A stretch of DNA of 63,999 bases, filler included, from an uncultured bacterium (GTDB lineage: Bacteria; DAOPZR01): assembly GCA_964637655.1 (NCBI GenBank). It is 10 parts of 10 records of this genome, joined end to end, with 100 filler letters (N's around TTAATTAATTAA, not from the genome) between each part and the next. Parts side by side here need not be neighbours in the genome. Positions count along the whole stretch, not along the records: positions 1 to 6,476 come from CAZWUZ010000217.1; positions 6,577 to 13,048 come from CAZWUZ010000218.1; positions 13,149 to 19,593 come from CAZWUZ010000219.1; 7 more parts are not named here. One strand, given 5' to 3'. The position numbers were made by a program, and so were the translations under genes. The notes under the pieces were generated by a model. That model saw nothing but the letters and a program-made list of their open reading frames with translations, made no database searches and was not told the origin of the DNA. Shown one piece after another: positions 1 to 13,691 of this stretch (positions within the stretch are counted from its first letter, which is position 1; each line of letters opens with the position of its first letter).

Positions 1-1
1 C

Positions 2-337
2 GAGGCCTGGCCGGTCATCAGCTACTTGTTTGCCCCCCCGGCGGCAGTGACGGACGCCAAGGCGCTGAAGGTGCTGCAGGATGCGGCGGCAGCACCGGCG
101 CTTGACGCGGCGGCAATGCTGCTCGAGGCGCAGGCGGACTGGTCGGCGCCGGCGCTCGAGACGGCGCTGCGCACGCTGCCGGAAAAACTCGGGCTGGGCA
201 TGGGCAAGGTGATGCAGCCGCTGCGGGTCGCGGTGTGCGGCACGACCGCCAGCCCGGGACTCTTCGAGTCGCTGGCCTTTCTCGGGAAGGATGAAACGCT
301 GCGGCGGCTGCGCGCCTGCCGCGCGACGCTCGGCTGA
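2..337 (+). CDS. gltX: Glutamate--tRNA ligase, C-terminal anticodon-binding domain (5' partial)
   Basis: LGMGKVMQPLRVAVCGTTASPGLFESLAFLGKDETLRRL is the typical GluRS C-terminus; the frame is open to the window edge. Confidence 0.9.
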   Translation, partial: EAWPVISYLFAPPAAVTDAKALKVLQDAAAAPALDAAAMLLEAQADWSAPALETALRTLPEKLGLGMGKVMQPLRVAVCGTTASPGLFESLAFLGKDETLRRLRACRATLG

Positions 338-338
338 C

Positions 339-1871
339 ATGCCTGACCTGCCGCGCCGCAAGCCGCTGCTGCCGCTGCGCGTGCGGCTGCAGCTCCGCGC
401 GCGCAGTATCTGGCGCGAACAGAAGCCGCTGCTCTTCCTGACGCTGGCGGAAGTGCTGCTTGCGGGCGGACTGCTTGCCTGGTGGCTGGCACCGCGCCCG
501 GCGGCCCCGCCGCCGCCACCGCTGCCGGTGGTGGCGGTTCCCGGCGATACCATTGCGGTCAGTACCGGGCCGGGCATCCCGCTGACGCGCGAGGAACTGC
601 TCTGGCTCGACGACAACCCGAACGAGGAAGTCCCGGAAACGCTGTACGAGGACCTGATCGCGCGCCCGCAGTTGCAGAACGCGGCGACCCTGGAACAATT
701 GCGCGACCTGCCGGCAGGAAAAGTGAGCGTGAGCAATGCGGCGCTGCTCTTTGCGCGGCGCTTTCACGGCGAACTGGACGTGGCGCAGTACGAGACGCAA
801 CTCGACGACCTTGCCCGGCAGCTCAGTTTGCGCCTGTCGGGGACCATGCCGCCGACGGAGCGCGTGCAGACCCTGCTCAACTTCGTCTACCTGCGCGACC
901 GCTTTGCCGCCACGGGTGAGAGCGCGTGGTTCGACGACCTGCTGCGGCGCGGCCGCGGTGACGACCTGACCATGGCCATGCTGCTGCTGTCGCTCGGGCA
1001 GCGGCTCGGCTTTCCGCTGACGGCGGTGCGCGCGCCTGACGGTCTCTGGCTGCGCATTTCCGTCGAGGGGGGCGAGCGCTGGTTCATCGATCCCGCCACC
1101 GGGGTGCCGACCAACGAGGCGGGGGCGCGGGGAAAATTCGGCGTCACCGAGGCGGTGACGCGGCGCGGGGTGCTGCTCGACGACGTCAACGCTCACGGGG
1201 TGGTGGCGGAATGCTACGCGCGGCAGGCGCAGGAGCGGGCGCGACAGCTGCGCGCGGTCGAGGCGCTCGACCTGGTCAACGCGGGACTGGGGTTCGACCC
1301 GGCGCATCCGCGCCTGCTGCTGCTGCAGGGTGAACTGCTGAGCGTAGCGCAGCCGCAGGCGGCGCTCCCCGTGCTCAAGGAACTGGCGGAACGGCGCGAT
1401 GCGCCGGCGCGGGCGCAGTACCTCTACGGGCGGGCGCTGCGCGCGCTCGGGCGCCCGGACGAGGCGCTGCCGTGGCTGCTCAAAGCGACCGCGACGGAGA
1501 ACGACAGCGCGGCATGGCGCGAGCGCGCCGCCTGCCGGCGCGAACTCAACCAGTGCACCGAGGCGGTGGCGGATTACCGCCAGGCGGCGCTGCTCATGTC
1601 CGGCGACATGGAAGTGATCCGCGGGTATGCGGACGCGCTGACCGAGTACGGGCTGGAACTGCGCCGGCAGCAGAAGCTGGCGGAGGCGGAACAGGCCTTT
1701 ACCCAGGCGCTGGCGCTTTACGGGCGCGACGCGCGGGCGCTCTTCGGACGCGCACGCACGCGCATCAACCGCAACGACCGCGCCGGCGCGGTCGCCGACC
1801 TCAAGGCGGTGCTGCGCCTCGACCCCAACCACAGCGAGGCGCGCCAGCTGCTCGCGCGCTTCGAACGCTGA
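339..1871 (+). CDS. Membrane-anchored SirB1/transglutaminase-like + TPR protein
   Basis: ATG 1 nt after the gltX stop; N-terminal TM and Pro linker; LLRRGRG...RLGFPLTAVRAP...WFIDP SirB1-like core; multiple C-terminal TPRs. Confidence 0.7.
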   Translation: MPDLPRRKPLLPLRVRLQLRARSIWREQKPLLFLTLAEVLLAGGLLAWWLAPRPAAPPPPPLPVVAVPGDTIAVSTGPGIPLTREELLWLDDNPNEEVPETLYEDLIARPQLQNAATLEQLRDLPAGKVSVSNAALLFARRFHGELDVAQYETQLDDLARQLSLRLSGTMPPTERVQTLLNFVYLRDRFAATGESAWFDDLLRRGRGDDLTMAMLLLSLGQRLGFPLTAVRAPDGLWLRISVEGGERWFIDPATGVPTNEAGARGKFGVTEAVTRRGVLLDDVNAHGVVAECYARQAQERARQLRAVEALDLVNAGLGFDPAHPRLLLLQGELLSVAQPQAALPVLKELAERRDAPARAQYLYGRALRALGRPDEALPWLLKATATENDSAAWRERAACRRELNQCTEAVADYRQAALLMSGDMEVIRGYADALTEYGLELRRQQKLAEAEQAFTQALALYGRDARALFGRARTRINRNDRAGAVADLKAVLRLDPNHSEARQLLARFER

Positions 1872-2849
1872 TCAGGAAGCGAGAATCTTTTTTGCCTCGC
1901 TGCGGATGAGGTCCCAGGTCGCGGGGGGCATTTTGGCGCCGATGACCTCGACGATCTTTCCCGAGGTGAGCGCCCCGAGGCGGCAGCATTGCTCGAGCGT
2001 GGCGTCGTTGAGAAACCCGTAGAGGAAGCCCGAGGCGTAGAGGTCGCCCGCGCCCGTGGTGTCGATGGCCTTGGCCGGGATGATGCCCACGTGGGCAATG
2101 TCGTCGCCGCGCTGCGCCAGCGAACCCTTTTTCCCGAGCTTGACGACAGCGAGTTCCACCTGGCGCGCGATGCTGGCGAGCGCCTCCTCGCCCTCGTGCC
2201 CGGTGTAGGCCTTCGCCTCCTCCTCGTTGGCAAAGACAATGTCGACAAAATTGGTGACGATGTCGGTGAGGAAGGAGCGGTTCTCCTCGACGACGTTGTA
2301 GGAGGCGAGGTCGATGGCGAGGCGGCAGCCGGCGGCCTTGGCCCGCTCGGCGGCGCGACGTACCAGCGCGTGGTTCTGCACGAGGTAGCCCTCGAGGTGG
2401 ACGAGCGTGCGCGTGGCGAACAGGTCGGCGGGGAGGTCGTCCGGGCCCATCTCGATGGCGGCACCGAGGTAGGTGGCGAAGGTACGCTCGACGTCGGGGG
2501 TGATCAGCGCGATGGCGTGTCCCGTCGGCTGCGTGCCGCGGCGCAGCAGCGGCTGCACCCCGCCCGCCTGCAGGTCGGCGGCGAAAGCCGCCCCGAGCTC
2601 GTCGCTGCCCGTCTTGCCGGCAAACGCACAGGGGACACCGAGCTGGCCCAGCCCGCTGATGGTGTTGGCGGTGGCGCCGCCGGCAGTGAGGCGCGTTTCT
2701 CCCAGCTGCGCGCGCAGCGCCTGTGCCCGCGCGTGGTCGACGAGGTTCATTGATCCCTTGGGCAGCTGCTGCCGCGCGAGAAAGTCATCATCGACGCGTG
2801 CCAGTACGTCAACCAGTGCATTACCGATACCGAGGACGGAAACGCTCAT
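1872..2849 (-). CDS. PfkB-family carbohydrate/adenosine kinase
   Basis: GIGNALVD, GGATANT, FANEEEA and DTTGAGDLYASGF motifs. Confidence 0.9.
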   Translation of the reverse strand: MSVSVLGIGNALVDVLARVDDDFLARQQLPKGSMNLVDHARAQALRAQLGETRLTAGGATANTISGLGQLGVPCAFAGKTGSDELGAAFAADLQAGGVQPLLRRGTQPTGHAIALITPDVERTFATYLGAAIEMGPDDLPADLFATRTLVHLEGYLVQNHALVRRAAERAKAAGCRLAIDLASYNVVEENRSFLTDIVTNFVDIVFANEEEAKAYTGHEGEEALASIARQVELAVVKLGKKGSLAQRGDDIAHVGIIPAKAIDTTGAGDLYASGFLYGFLNDATLEQCCRLGALTSGKIVEVIGAKMPPATWDLIRSEAKKILAS

Positions 2850-2903
2850 GTCAGCTCTCCCGGGTGCCGCGGATGCCGCCGTCACGGACAGCGGTCAGGC
2901 AAT

Positions 2904-2934
2904 AAAAAAACCTGCCGCGGCAGGCCGCGGCAGG
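2904..2934 (-). terminator. Rho-independent terminator after rpsU
   Basis: 10-bp stem cctgccgcgg/ccgcggcagg followed by a T7 run on the minus strand. Confidence 0.85.
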
Positions 2935-2952
2935 CATGGTGAGCAGCATCGC

Positions 2953-3135
2953 TCAGGTGTGGGTCTTGCGACGGGCGCGCTGGATCGCTTTCTTCAGCGC
3001 GCGCCGGCGGGCATCGCTCGGCTTCTCATAGCGCGAACGCTTGCGTGCCTCGCGCAGGTTGGTTGCCGCCTCCTGCTTGAAGCGCTTGAGCGCCTTCTCC
3101 AGTGTGCCGAAATCGGCCACTTTTACATTGACCAT
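2953..3135 (-). CDS. rpsU: 30S ribosomal protein bS21
   Basis: LEKALKRFK...REARKRSRYEKPS; small and basic. Confidence 0.92.
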   Translation of the reverse strand: MVNVKVADFGTLEKALKRFKQEAATNLREARKRSRYEKPSDARRRALKKAIQRARRKTHT

Positions 3136-3162
3136 GTCTCTCACCCCATTTCCGTCAACGAT

Positions 3163-3432
3163 TCAGAAGCGGATACGGAACTCCGTCTCGCCGTCACGGA
3201 CCGGCTCGTCACTGACGAGGTTCCGGTCAACGCGGCCCGGCGGGTCGTCCAGCACCGCGGCGAAGAAGGCGGCCACCGTTGCCGGGGCACCCTGCGCCTC
3301 GATGAGTACCGACCCGTCCAGTTGGTTCTTCACCAGCCCGGTCAGGTCGCGGTTGCGGGCACAACTCGCGGTGTGATAACGAAATCCGACGCCCTGCACC
3401 CGCCCGTAAACGACCATTTTGCGACGCAGCAT
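3163..3432 (-). CDS. acyP: Acylphosphatase
   Basis: GRVQGVGFRY...GLVKNQLDGSV; 89 aa. Confidence 0.92.
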   Translation of the reverse strand: MLRRKMVVYGRVQGVGFRYHTASCARNRDLTGLVKNQLDGSVLIEAQGAPATVAAFFAAVLDDPPGRVDRNLVSDEPVRDGETEFRIRF

Positions 3433-3481
3433 ACTGTCCGCCCGGCAGGCACACGCCCGCCATCCGCTACAATAACATCCG

Positions 3482-3510
3482 ATTATAGCGCATTTTGCGG
3501 AAAAAAGCAA
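3482..3510 (-). promoter_or_regulatory. sigma70-type promoter for acyP-rpsU
   Basis: TTGCTT-N17-TATAAT on the minus strand. Confidence 0.65.
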
Positions 3511-3531
3511 GTGATATTTTACTGCTGACTC

Positions 3532-3560
3532 TTGACCGGCAGGCGCCGCTATGATACCAT
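3532..3560 (+). promoter_or_regulatory. sigma70-type promoter for tRNA-Gly
   Basis: TTGACC-N17-TACCAT with an extended TG, 11 nt before the tRNA. Confidence 0.7.
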
Positions 3561-3571
3561 AGGAACGTAGA

Positions 3572-3646
<75 letters not shown>

Positions 3647-3697
3647 TACTCTCCCGGTGCCGCGGTGCGGTACGGGGCGACCGGAGACCGATGCCCC

Positions 3698-4057
3698 ATG
3701 TGGACGACGATCAAGTACCTGGCTATCATCATCGGTATCGTGTACGGCGTCAACTGGTTCTTCTCTGATTTCCAGGAGACGCGGATGAAGCAGCAGCATC
3801 AGGCGTCGCTCAAACGCTTCTATGAGGAACAGAACCGCTATCCGCGCTCTTTCGAGGAAATGGAAAGCATCAAGTCGCGTCAGGACGGGTTTCCGTACGT
3901 GGAGCCGTATACCAACCGCGACGACCCGCCGAAAAACGGGCGCTGGATGGTCAACGAGGACCGGGGCGTGATCTTCATCCGCCGCTTTGTCTTCGACGAG
4001 CGCGGGCGCAAGGTGCTCGATGCGGACGGGCAGCAGCGTTACAAGGACGAGTACTGA
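3698..4057 (+). CDS. Hypothetical N-terminally anchored protein, weakly pseudopilin-like
   Basis: GGAG RBS, N-terminal TM helix, LKRFYEEQNRYPRSFEEM segment. Confidence 0.6.
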   Translation: MWTTIKYLAIIIGIVYGVNWFFSDFQETRMKQQHQASLKRFYEEQNRYPRSFEEMESIKSRQDGFPYVEPYTNRDDPPKNGRWMVNEDRGVIFIRRFVFDERGRKVLDADGQQRYKDEY

Positions 4058-4065
4058 CGTGTCCT

Positions 4066-4674
4066 ATGCCGCTGCTCATTGCCACCAACAACGCGCATAA
4101 AATCACCGAGATTACCGCCATCCTGCAGCCGCAGCGGCTGCAGCTGGTGACCCCCGCGCAGCGCTCCGTGTCGCTCGACGTCGAGGAAAACGGTGAAACC
4201 TACGCGGCCAATGCGCTGCTCAAGGCGCGGGAGGGCGTGCGCCTGACCGGACTGCCGACGCTGGCGGACGATTCCGGGCTTGAAGTCGCGGCGCTGGACG
4301 GCAAACCAGGGTTGCACTCGAGCCGCTGGCACGGGCACCTGCCGCAGGCGGAGAAGAACGCGCTGCTCGTCGCGGAACTGGCGCAGCAACCCGCGGCACC
4401 GCGTACGGCGCGCTTTGTCTGCACGGCCGCGCTGGTGCTGCCGTCCGGCGAGGAATTCACCTTTTTCGGCGAGTGCCGCGGCAGCATCGCGGTCGCCGCG
4501 CGCGGGGCGCAGGGGTTCGGCTATGACCCGGTCTTCCTCGTCGACGGACGTGACGGGCTGACCATGGCGGAACTTCCCGAGGGGGAGAAGAACCGCATTT
4601 CGCACCGCGCCCGCGCCCTGCAGGCGCTGCGCGCGCATCCCGCCTGGGTGGCACTGGAAGCGGGGAAACCGTAG
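4066..4674 (+). CDS. rdgB: Non-canonical purine NTP pyrophosphatase (RdgB/HAM1)
   Basis: ATNNAHK, ADDSGL, GFGYDPVF and KNRISHR motifs. Confidence 0.95.
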   Translation: MPLLIATNNAHKITEITAILQPQRLQLVTPAQRSVSLDVEENGETYAANALLKAREGVRLTGLPTLADDSGLEVAALDGKPGLHSSRWHGHLPQAEKNALLVAELAQQPAAPRTARFVCTAALVLPSGEEFTFFGECRGSIAVAARGAQGFGYDPVFLVDGRDGLTMAELPEGEKNRISHRARALQALRAHPAWVALEAGKP

Positions 4675-4681
4675 GCGCGCG

Positions 4682-6476
4682 ATGCGCTCGTCGTCCGATT
4701 TTGCCAACCTCGTCGTACTCTGCCTCATTACCACGCTCTTTTTCTCACCGCTGCTGACCGCCGGCACCGTCTTCCACGGCGGTGAACTGGCGCAGTACGC
4801 GTTCTATGAGCGCGTGCGCAGCGTGCTCAATTTCCATGCCGGGGCCTGGCCGGCGTGGAACCCCGATTTCGGCACGGGGCTTCCCGAAGACCTGCACGGG
4901 CGCTACCTGTCGGCTTTCTACCCGCCCAACCTGCCCGTTTTCTTCCTGCATCCGTCCGACGCGTTCAACCTGTCACGCTGCATCCACCAGGTGCTGACCG
5001 GGTTCTTCATGTACCTGCTGCTGCGCGGGCTGTATGTCGGTCCGTCGGGGGCCTTTGTCGGCGGGCTGGTCTTCGCGCTCGGCGGCTACCCGCTGGCGCG
5101 GCTCTGGGACGGCGATGTCACGACGCTCAACGCGCTGACCTACTTCCCGCTGCTCTTCCTGTGCGGACTGCGTGCGCTGCGCGGCTCATGGCGCTATGTC
5201 GGTATCGGGCTGGTGCTGCTTTTCATGCAGGCGTGGGACGGCGGCCTCGGGACCACGCTCTGCCAGCTGCTGATTCTCGGGGCCGAGGCGTGCTGGGTGG
5301 CGGCGGAGATGAAATCGTGGCGGCCGCTCGCGGTTTTCGCGGCATGGCTGCTCGCCGCGCTGCTGCTGCTCGCCCCCTTCTGGCTGCCGTGGTGGGCGCA
5401 GACGCGGCAGGTGGCCGACGACGGGGCCTTTGCCCTGCGTGAGCAGCATGCGTTTTCACCGTTGCAGTGGCTGACGGTCCCCTTCCCGCACCTGTGGGGA
5501 GCGCTGACGGAGTTCACGTTTGTCCTGGATAACCCGGCGTACGCGGTGGGGTGCGGGCTGGGGAGGACCGCGGTGTGCCTCGTGCTGATGGGCTCTGGGC
5601 GCACGCAGCGCGGCCTCATTTTGCTCGACCTCGCGCTGCTGCTCGCGGTCGGGGCGATGGGCATCTTCCACGTTGCCGTCCGCGTGCTCTTCCCGCTGCT
5701 CGAACCGTGGCATGGCTGGTACGTGCTGACGACGGGCGCATGGTGGGCGGGCATCCATTTCTGTCTTGCCGTCCTTGCCGGGATGGGCTGGGAACGCCTC
5801 TTCTGGGATGACGGGCCGCAGCGCTCGTTCTTCGTGCTGCGCGTGCTGGGGGCGACGACGCTCGGGGTGGCGGCGCTGCTGGCGGCGCTGTCGTTCTGGC
5901 CGCTGTCGCATTTCGGCGCGCTCGCCCTGACCAACGCCTGGTTCGGCTGGGCGCTGGGGGCGGGCGTGTTCGTCCTGCTGGCGACAGCGGTGCTGCGCGG
6001 GGTGAACCGCGACCGGGCCTGGGGTGAAATTGTCGTGCTGCTGCTGCTGCTCGGTGAACTGGTCTACTTCAATGCGCGCTACCTCCAGATGCTGCCGGCG
6101 AACAGTTACCTGCCGCAGGAGGAGTGGAAGGAGTGGGCGGCGTGGGGACCGTTCAACCGCTGGCAGGGACGCCTGCTGCTCGACGACCGCGACGGGCAGC
6201 TGCTGACCGTCGCCCTGCCGGCGCTGGACGGCTGCCAGTGGGCGAACCTGCCGCTGGGTGGCAACCGCTCGCTGTCGTCCGGGGTGTACCGCCCGGCGGA
6301 GGAACCGCTCTGGGCCTACGCCTCGGTACGCGGTGTGGTGACTGCCGGTGAAGGAACTCCGGCCCGCGGTCCGCTCCCTGCGCGCGCGTATACCGGCCTG
6401 CACTTTGCCGACGATATCGGTGTCCAGCGCCCGGCGGCGTTTCTTCCCTTTGCCTTTTTCAGCGGGCGGGTGACGG
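4682..6476 (+). CDS. YfhO-like polytopic membrane protein (GT-C-like), 3' partial
   Basis: WPAWNP...G.P...FYPPN motif and many TM helices. Confidence 0.7.
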
Positions 6477-6576
6477 NNNNNNNNNNNNNNNNNNNNNNNN
6501 NNNNNNNNNNNNNNNNNNNNTTAATTAATTAANNNNNNNNNNNNNNNNNNNNNNNNNNNNNNNNNNNNNNNNNNNN
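6477..6576. other. Artificial contig spacer
   Basis: N-run with the TTAATTAATTAA linker. Confidence 0.98.
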
Positions 6577-6786
6577 CTCTACGCGTGGTTCGTCCACGAC
6601 TCGCTCGGCATGCCCCTGTGGTGGTCCTGTACCCGGAACGACCAGCCGCTGGTCATGCACGACGGCACTAACCTCGGGCTGCTGCTCGGGCTGCCGGGCA
6701 AATGGTCCCTGGTGCCGCTCCTGCTCGTCTGGCTGGCCGCTGCCGTGGTGCTGTGCCGGCAGACGCAGTCAGCTTCCGGGACCTGA
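6577..6786 (+). CDS. C-terminal fragment of a membrane protein (5' partial; not in ORF track)
   Basis: Open frame LYAWFVHDSLGMPLWW...TNLGLLLGLPGKWSLVPLLLVWLAAAVVL...SGT-stop with host-like codon usage. Confidence 0.6.
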   Translation, partial: LYAWFVHDSLGMPLWWSCTRNDQPLVMHDGTNLGLLLGLPGKWSLVPLLLVWLAAAVVLCRQTQSASGT

Positions 6787-6924
6787 CCTGCCCGCGTTTT
6801 TTTCTCCGTCACCACCGTCCGTGCCTGTCGCCGTGCGCGTGGCAGGACCTGACCGGGATCACGACGCGGGGCACGACGCCGGCTGGACGCACGCAACAGC
6901 GTCAAGGCCCGGCCGGGCGTACCT

Positions 6925-6958
6925 AAAGGCCGGCGGCGGGAACATCCCGCCGCCGGCC
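6925..6958 (-). terminator. Terminator-like hairpin downstream of PFOR
   Basis: 14-bp stem ggccggcggcggga/tcccgccgccggcc with a short T tail. Confidence 0.65.
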
Positions 6959-6977
6959 GCATGTCGCTGACTGACGT

Positions 6978-10559
<3,582 letters not shown>

Positions 10560-10630
10560 TTCACGCCTCCTCTGTGTGATGCTCCTCCGTGGGCTCTTCG
10601 CCGGCGCACTCCCGCGCCGGTGTTTTCAAG

Positions 10631-10664
10631 CCGGGAGGCGACGGTCGCAACCGTCGCCTCCCGG
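10631..10664. repeat. Perfect 15-bp inverted repeat between the DPD and nifJ genes
   Basis: ccgggaggcgacggt-cgca-accgtcgcctcccgg; no U-tract. Confidence 0.85.
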
Positions 10665-10670
10665 ACAGAA

Positions 10671-13048
10671 TCAATCTTCCTTCAGCTGCGCCAGTTCCTG
10701 CTTCGTGCGCGACCGCATGGTGATGGCGCCCGCGAAACACTTCTGCGAGCAGATGCTGCAGCCGATGCACTTCGCCGGGTCCGTGACCGGCTTGCCATCC
10801 TTGTTGAGGGTGATGGCCAGGTACGGGCAGCGGGTGCAGTTGCCGCACGACAGGCAGAGGTCGTGGTTGGGCTCGGAAATCTGCTTTTCCGGCGACAGTT
10901 CCATGAACCCGGTTACCGGGTTCGGCTGCGCCCGCCCGATGAGCTGCTGCATCGACTTGATGCCGCGCTGCTCCATCAGGTAGCTGACCCCCGACTCGAG
11001 TTCGCCGATGATGCCGTAGCCGTGCTTCATGACGATGGTGCAGAACTGCACCGTCTTGACGCCGATGGCGAGGAAGTCGGCGGTCGCCTTGTAGTCCATC
11101 GGCCCGCCGTTGCCGGAAATGGCGATGCCGTGCGGTACCGCGCTGGTCAGCGTCAGGTAAGAGATGGGCGTCACGCCCTCGCCGCTCATGCCGTAGACGA
11201 TCGCCTCTTCCCAGTTTTTCTTCTTCGGCTGCGGACGGAAGCCGACCACCGGGAAGGTATTGGCGAGCGTGATCCCCGCCTTTTTCTTCGGGTACCTGGC
11301 GAGCACGCCGTTGATCGCCTTGAGGATCGGGTAGATCGACGTCACCGCCGCCGTCAGCTTGAAGAGCTTCGGCACGTTCGGATCGCTCACCTCGAGGATC
11401 CAGTCGATGATCTTCGCCGTGAGGGCCGCGTTCTGCGAGACGATGTCGCCTTCCGTGCCGTCGCCGCCCTGCGGGCAGGAGAGCGAGTACTCGACACCGT
11501 ACGCGCCCGCATCCTCGCAGATTTTCGTGTTGCGCTGCCACCCGGCACGGTCGTTCTTGTCGTCACCGGTCACCGGGCCGCCCGTGGAGAGCATGGTCAG
11601 CCGGTCCGGCCACTCCTTCACCAGCCGCTTGCACTCCTTCGTCACCCGCGACAGGCAATGCCCCGAGACGTTGTCGCAGTTGCCGTAGGTGGTACCGTCG
11701 AACGCCTTCATGTAGCCCGCGGGAATGTGGATAGGCACCTTCCAGAAAGCGGTCTTCATGATGCCGCCCGCCCAGCCGGCTTCGTACGCCTTCACCATCT
11801 GCTCGTAGCCGTCCGACGGCGGCGCGGCGGAGAGCAGGAACGGCGAGCGGATCTTCCGTCCGAAGAAATCGGTTGCCAGCGACACCGGGGCATGCACATA
11901 GCCCGGCAGTTCGACATACGATTTCACCGGCTTGGCAATCTTCGGCGCCGGCTTGCGCTCGAGTGACGCCATCACCTGCGTGGCGACGTTTTTTCCCGCC
12001 GCCGTCGCTTCGACCACCGTGGTCGGACCGTTGGCGACGTCACCCGCGTAGAACACGTTCTTCGCCTGCTTCAGGTCGAGCCCGCGGCGCGCCCCGACGG
12101 CGATGATCACCGCGGCAAAACCGCCGCGCTCCTGGTCAGTGCCCGCCACCTCGGCGAGATCGCGCAGCGCGAATTTTTCGCCGTTGAGCTGCACCTTGAT
12201 GGTATCGAGCGCAAATCCCTTGGCGGTTCTGCTGATCGAGGAGACGCGCGTGCGCCCGTTCAGTTCGATCCCTTCACGCAGCAGTTCGTTCATCTCTTTC
12301 GCCGTGAGGGGCATCTCGCCCGCCTTCTCCAGCGTGAACATCTCGATGCGCGTCGCGCCGCGCAGTTTCGCCGTGACCGCGCAGTCCGCCGCCGTGGCGC
12401 CGCCGCCGATGACCGCGACCGCCCCCTTGAGCGGGAATTTCTTCGGGTCGCTGAGGTAGGCGATGGCGCTCAGGCCATGCTCTTCGCCCGGGATGTTCAT
12501 GGCAATGGGCTGCCACAATCCCGCCGCAACGATAACCGCCTTGTACCCCTTCAGCTTTGCCGGATCGTCGATGCGTTTGCCGGTCAGAATCTTCACGCTG
12601 CCGAGCGACTGCGCGAAAGCGATGTCCTCCGCCAGCATCTTGCGGTCGAGGCGGTACTCGGGGATGAGGTTGCACATGCCGCCGGCGCGCTTTTCCTTTT
12701 CATAGACGTCTACCGCATACCCCGCCTGCGCCAGCACCGCCGCCGCCCCGAGGCCCGCCGGGCCGGCACCAACCACCGCAACCTTGCCCTTCGTCGGCTT
12801 CACCGTTACAAACTTCCTGAACACCTTCAGGTCGCGCGCCTTGCGCACCACCGTCGCCTGCACCGCGGGGATATTGACCGCCCCGTCGAAGTTCTTGTGC
12901 GAACAGGCCGCCATGCAGTGGCGGTCGGGGCAGACGAGCCCGCAGACACCCCCCAGCGGGTTGTTCTTCATGATTTTTGCCGCGCTGCGCGCGAAGTCTG
13001 ACGGGTTGCCGAGGCGCGCCGCCATAATGAACTCGAACGGCGAGCAGT
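10671..13048 (-). CDS. Fused PreT-PreA dihydropyrimidine-dehydrogenase-like flavo-FeS protein (5' partial)
   Basis: NPLGGVCGLVCP, GAGPAG, GGGATAAD (GltD/PreT part); LSAAPPS, LSCPQG, KLT, ANT (FMN barrel); C-terminal 2x[4Fe-4S]. Confidence 0.85.
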
Positions 13049-13148
13049 NNNNNNNNNNNNNNNNNNNNNNNNNNNNNNNNNNNNNNNNNNNNTTAATTAA
13101 TTAANNNNNNNNNNNNNNNNNNNNNNNNNNNNNNNNNNNNNNNNNNNN
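13049..13148. other. Artificial contig spacer
   Basis: N-run with linker. Confidence 0.98.
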
Positions 13149-13691
13149 CAGATGACCCTCATCACGCATGCGGGTGAGGAGAAGGCCTTTGCCGGCGCTA
13201 TGCCGCAGGAGTACGGCAACCCGCTGCGCCTGCGGTTGCCGCTCGACGCCGGGTGCACGGTCATCGTCGCGCATTGCGCCGCCGGCGGCGAGGGTCTCGA
13301 CTACGACCACGCCAGCGCGCCGGTAGCCAACCTCGACCTGTTCCTCCGCCTCATGGCGGAAGATAAGTATCGCGGTCGTCTGTTCGGCGACATTTCCGCG
13401 GTCACGCAACTCAACCGCGCGACGACTGCTCTGCCCGTGCTGCTGGCGCATCCCGAGCTACACGACCGCCTCATCAACGGCAGCGACTACCCGCTCCCCG
13501 CCATCGATCCGCTGCACAGCGCATACTTTCTCGCCGCGCGCGGCTACCTGGCCTGGCGCGACGCGTGGTACCTCGAGGAAATCCAGGCGCATAACCCGCT
13601 GCTCTATGATATAGTGCTCAAGCGCACACTGCGTGAACCGCGCACGGGCAATCGCTTTGCCGGCGCGGTGTTCACTGACGGAGCCCTATGA
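13149..13691 (+). CDS. Amidohydrolase-family protein (5' partial)
   Basis: THAGEE, IVAHCA, GDISA, NGSDYP metal-barrel motifs. Confidence 0.8.
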   Translation, partial: QMTLITHAGEEKAFAGAMPQEYGNPLRLRLPLDAGCTVIVAHCAAGGEGLDYDHASAPVANLDLFLRLMAEDKYRGRLFGDISAVTQLNRATTALPVLLAHPELHDRLINGSDYPLPAIDPLHSAYFLAARGYLAWRDAWYLEEIQAHNPLLYDIVLKRTLREPRTGNRFAGAVFTDGAL

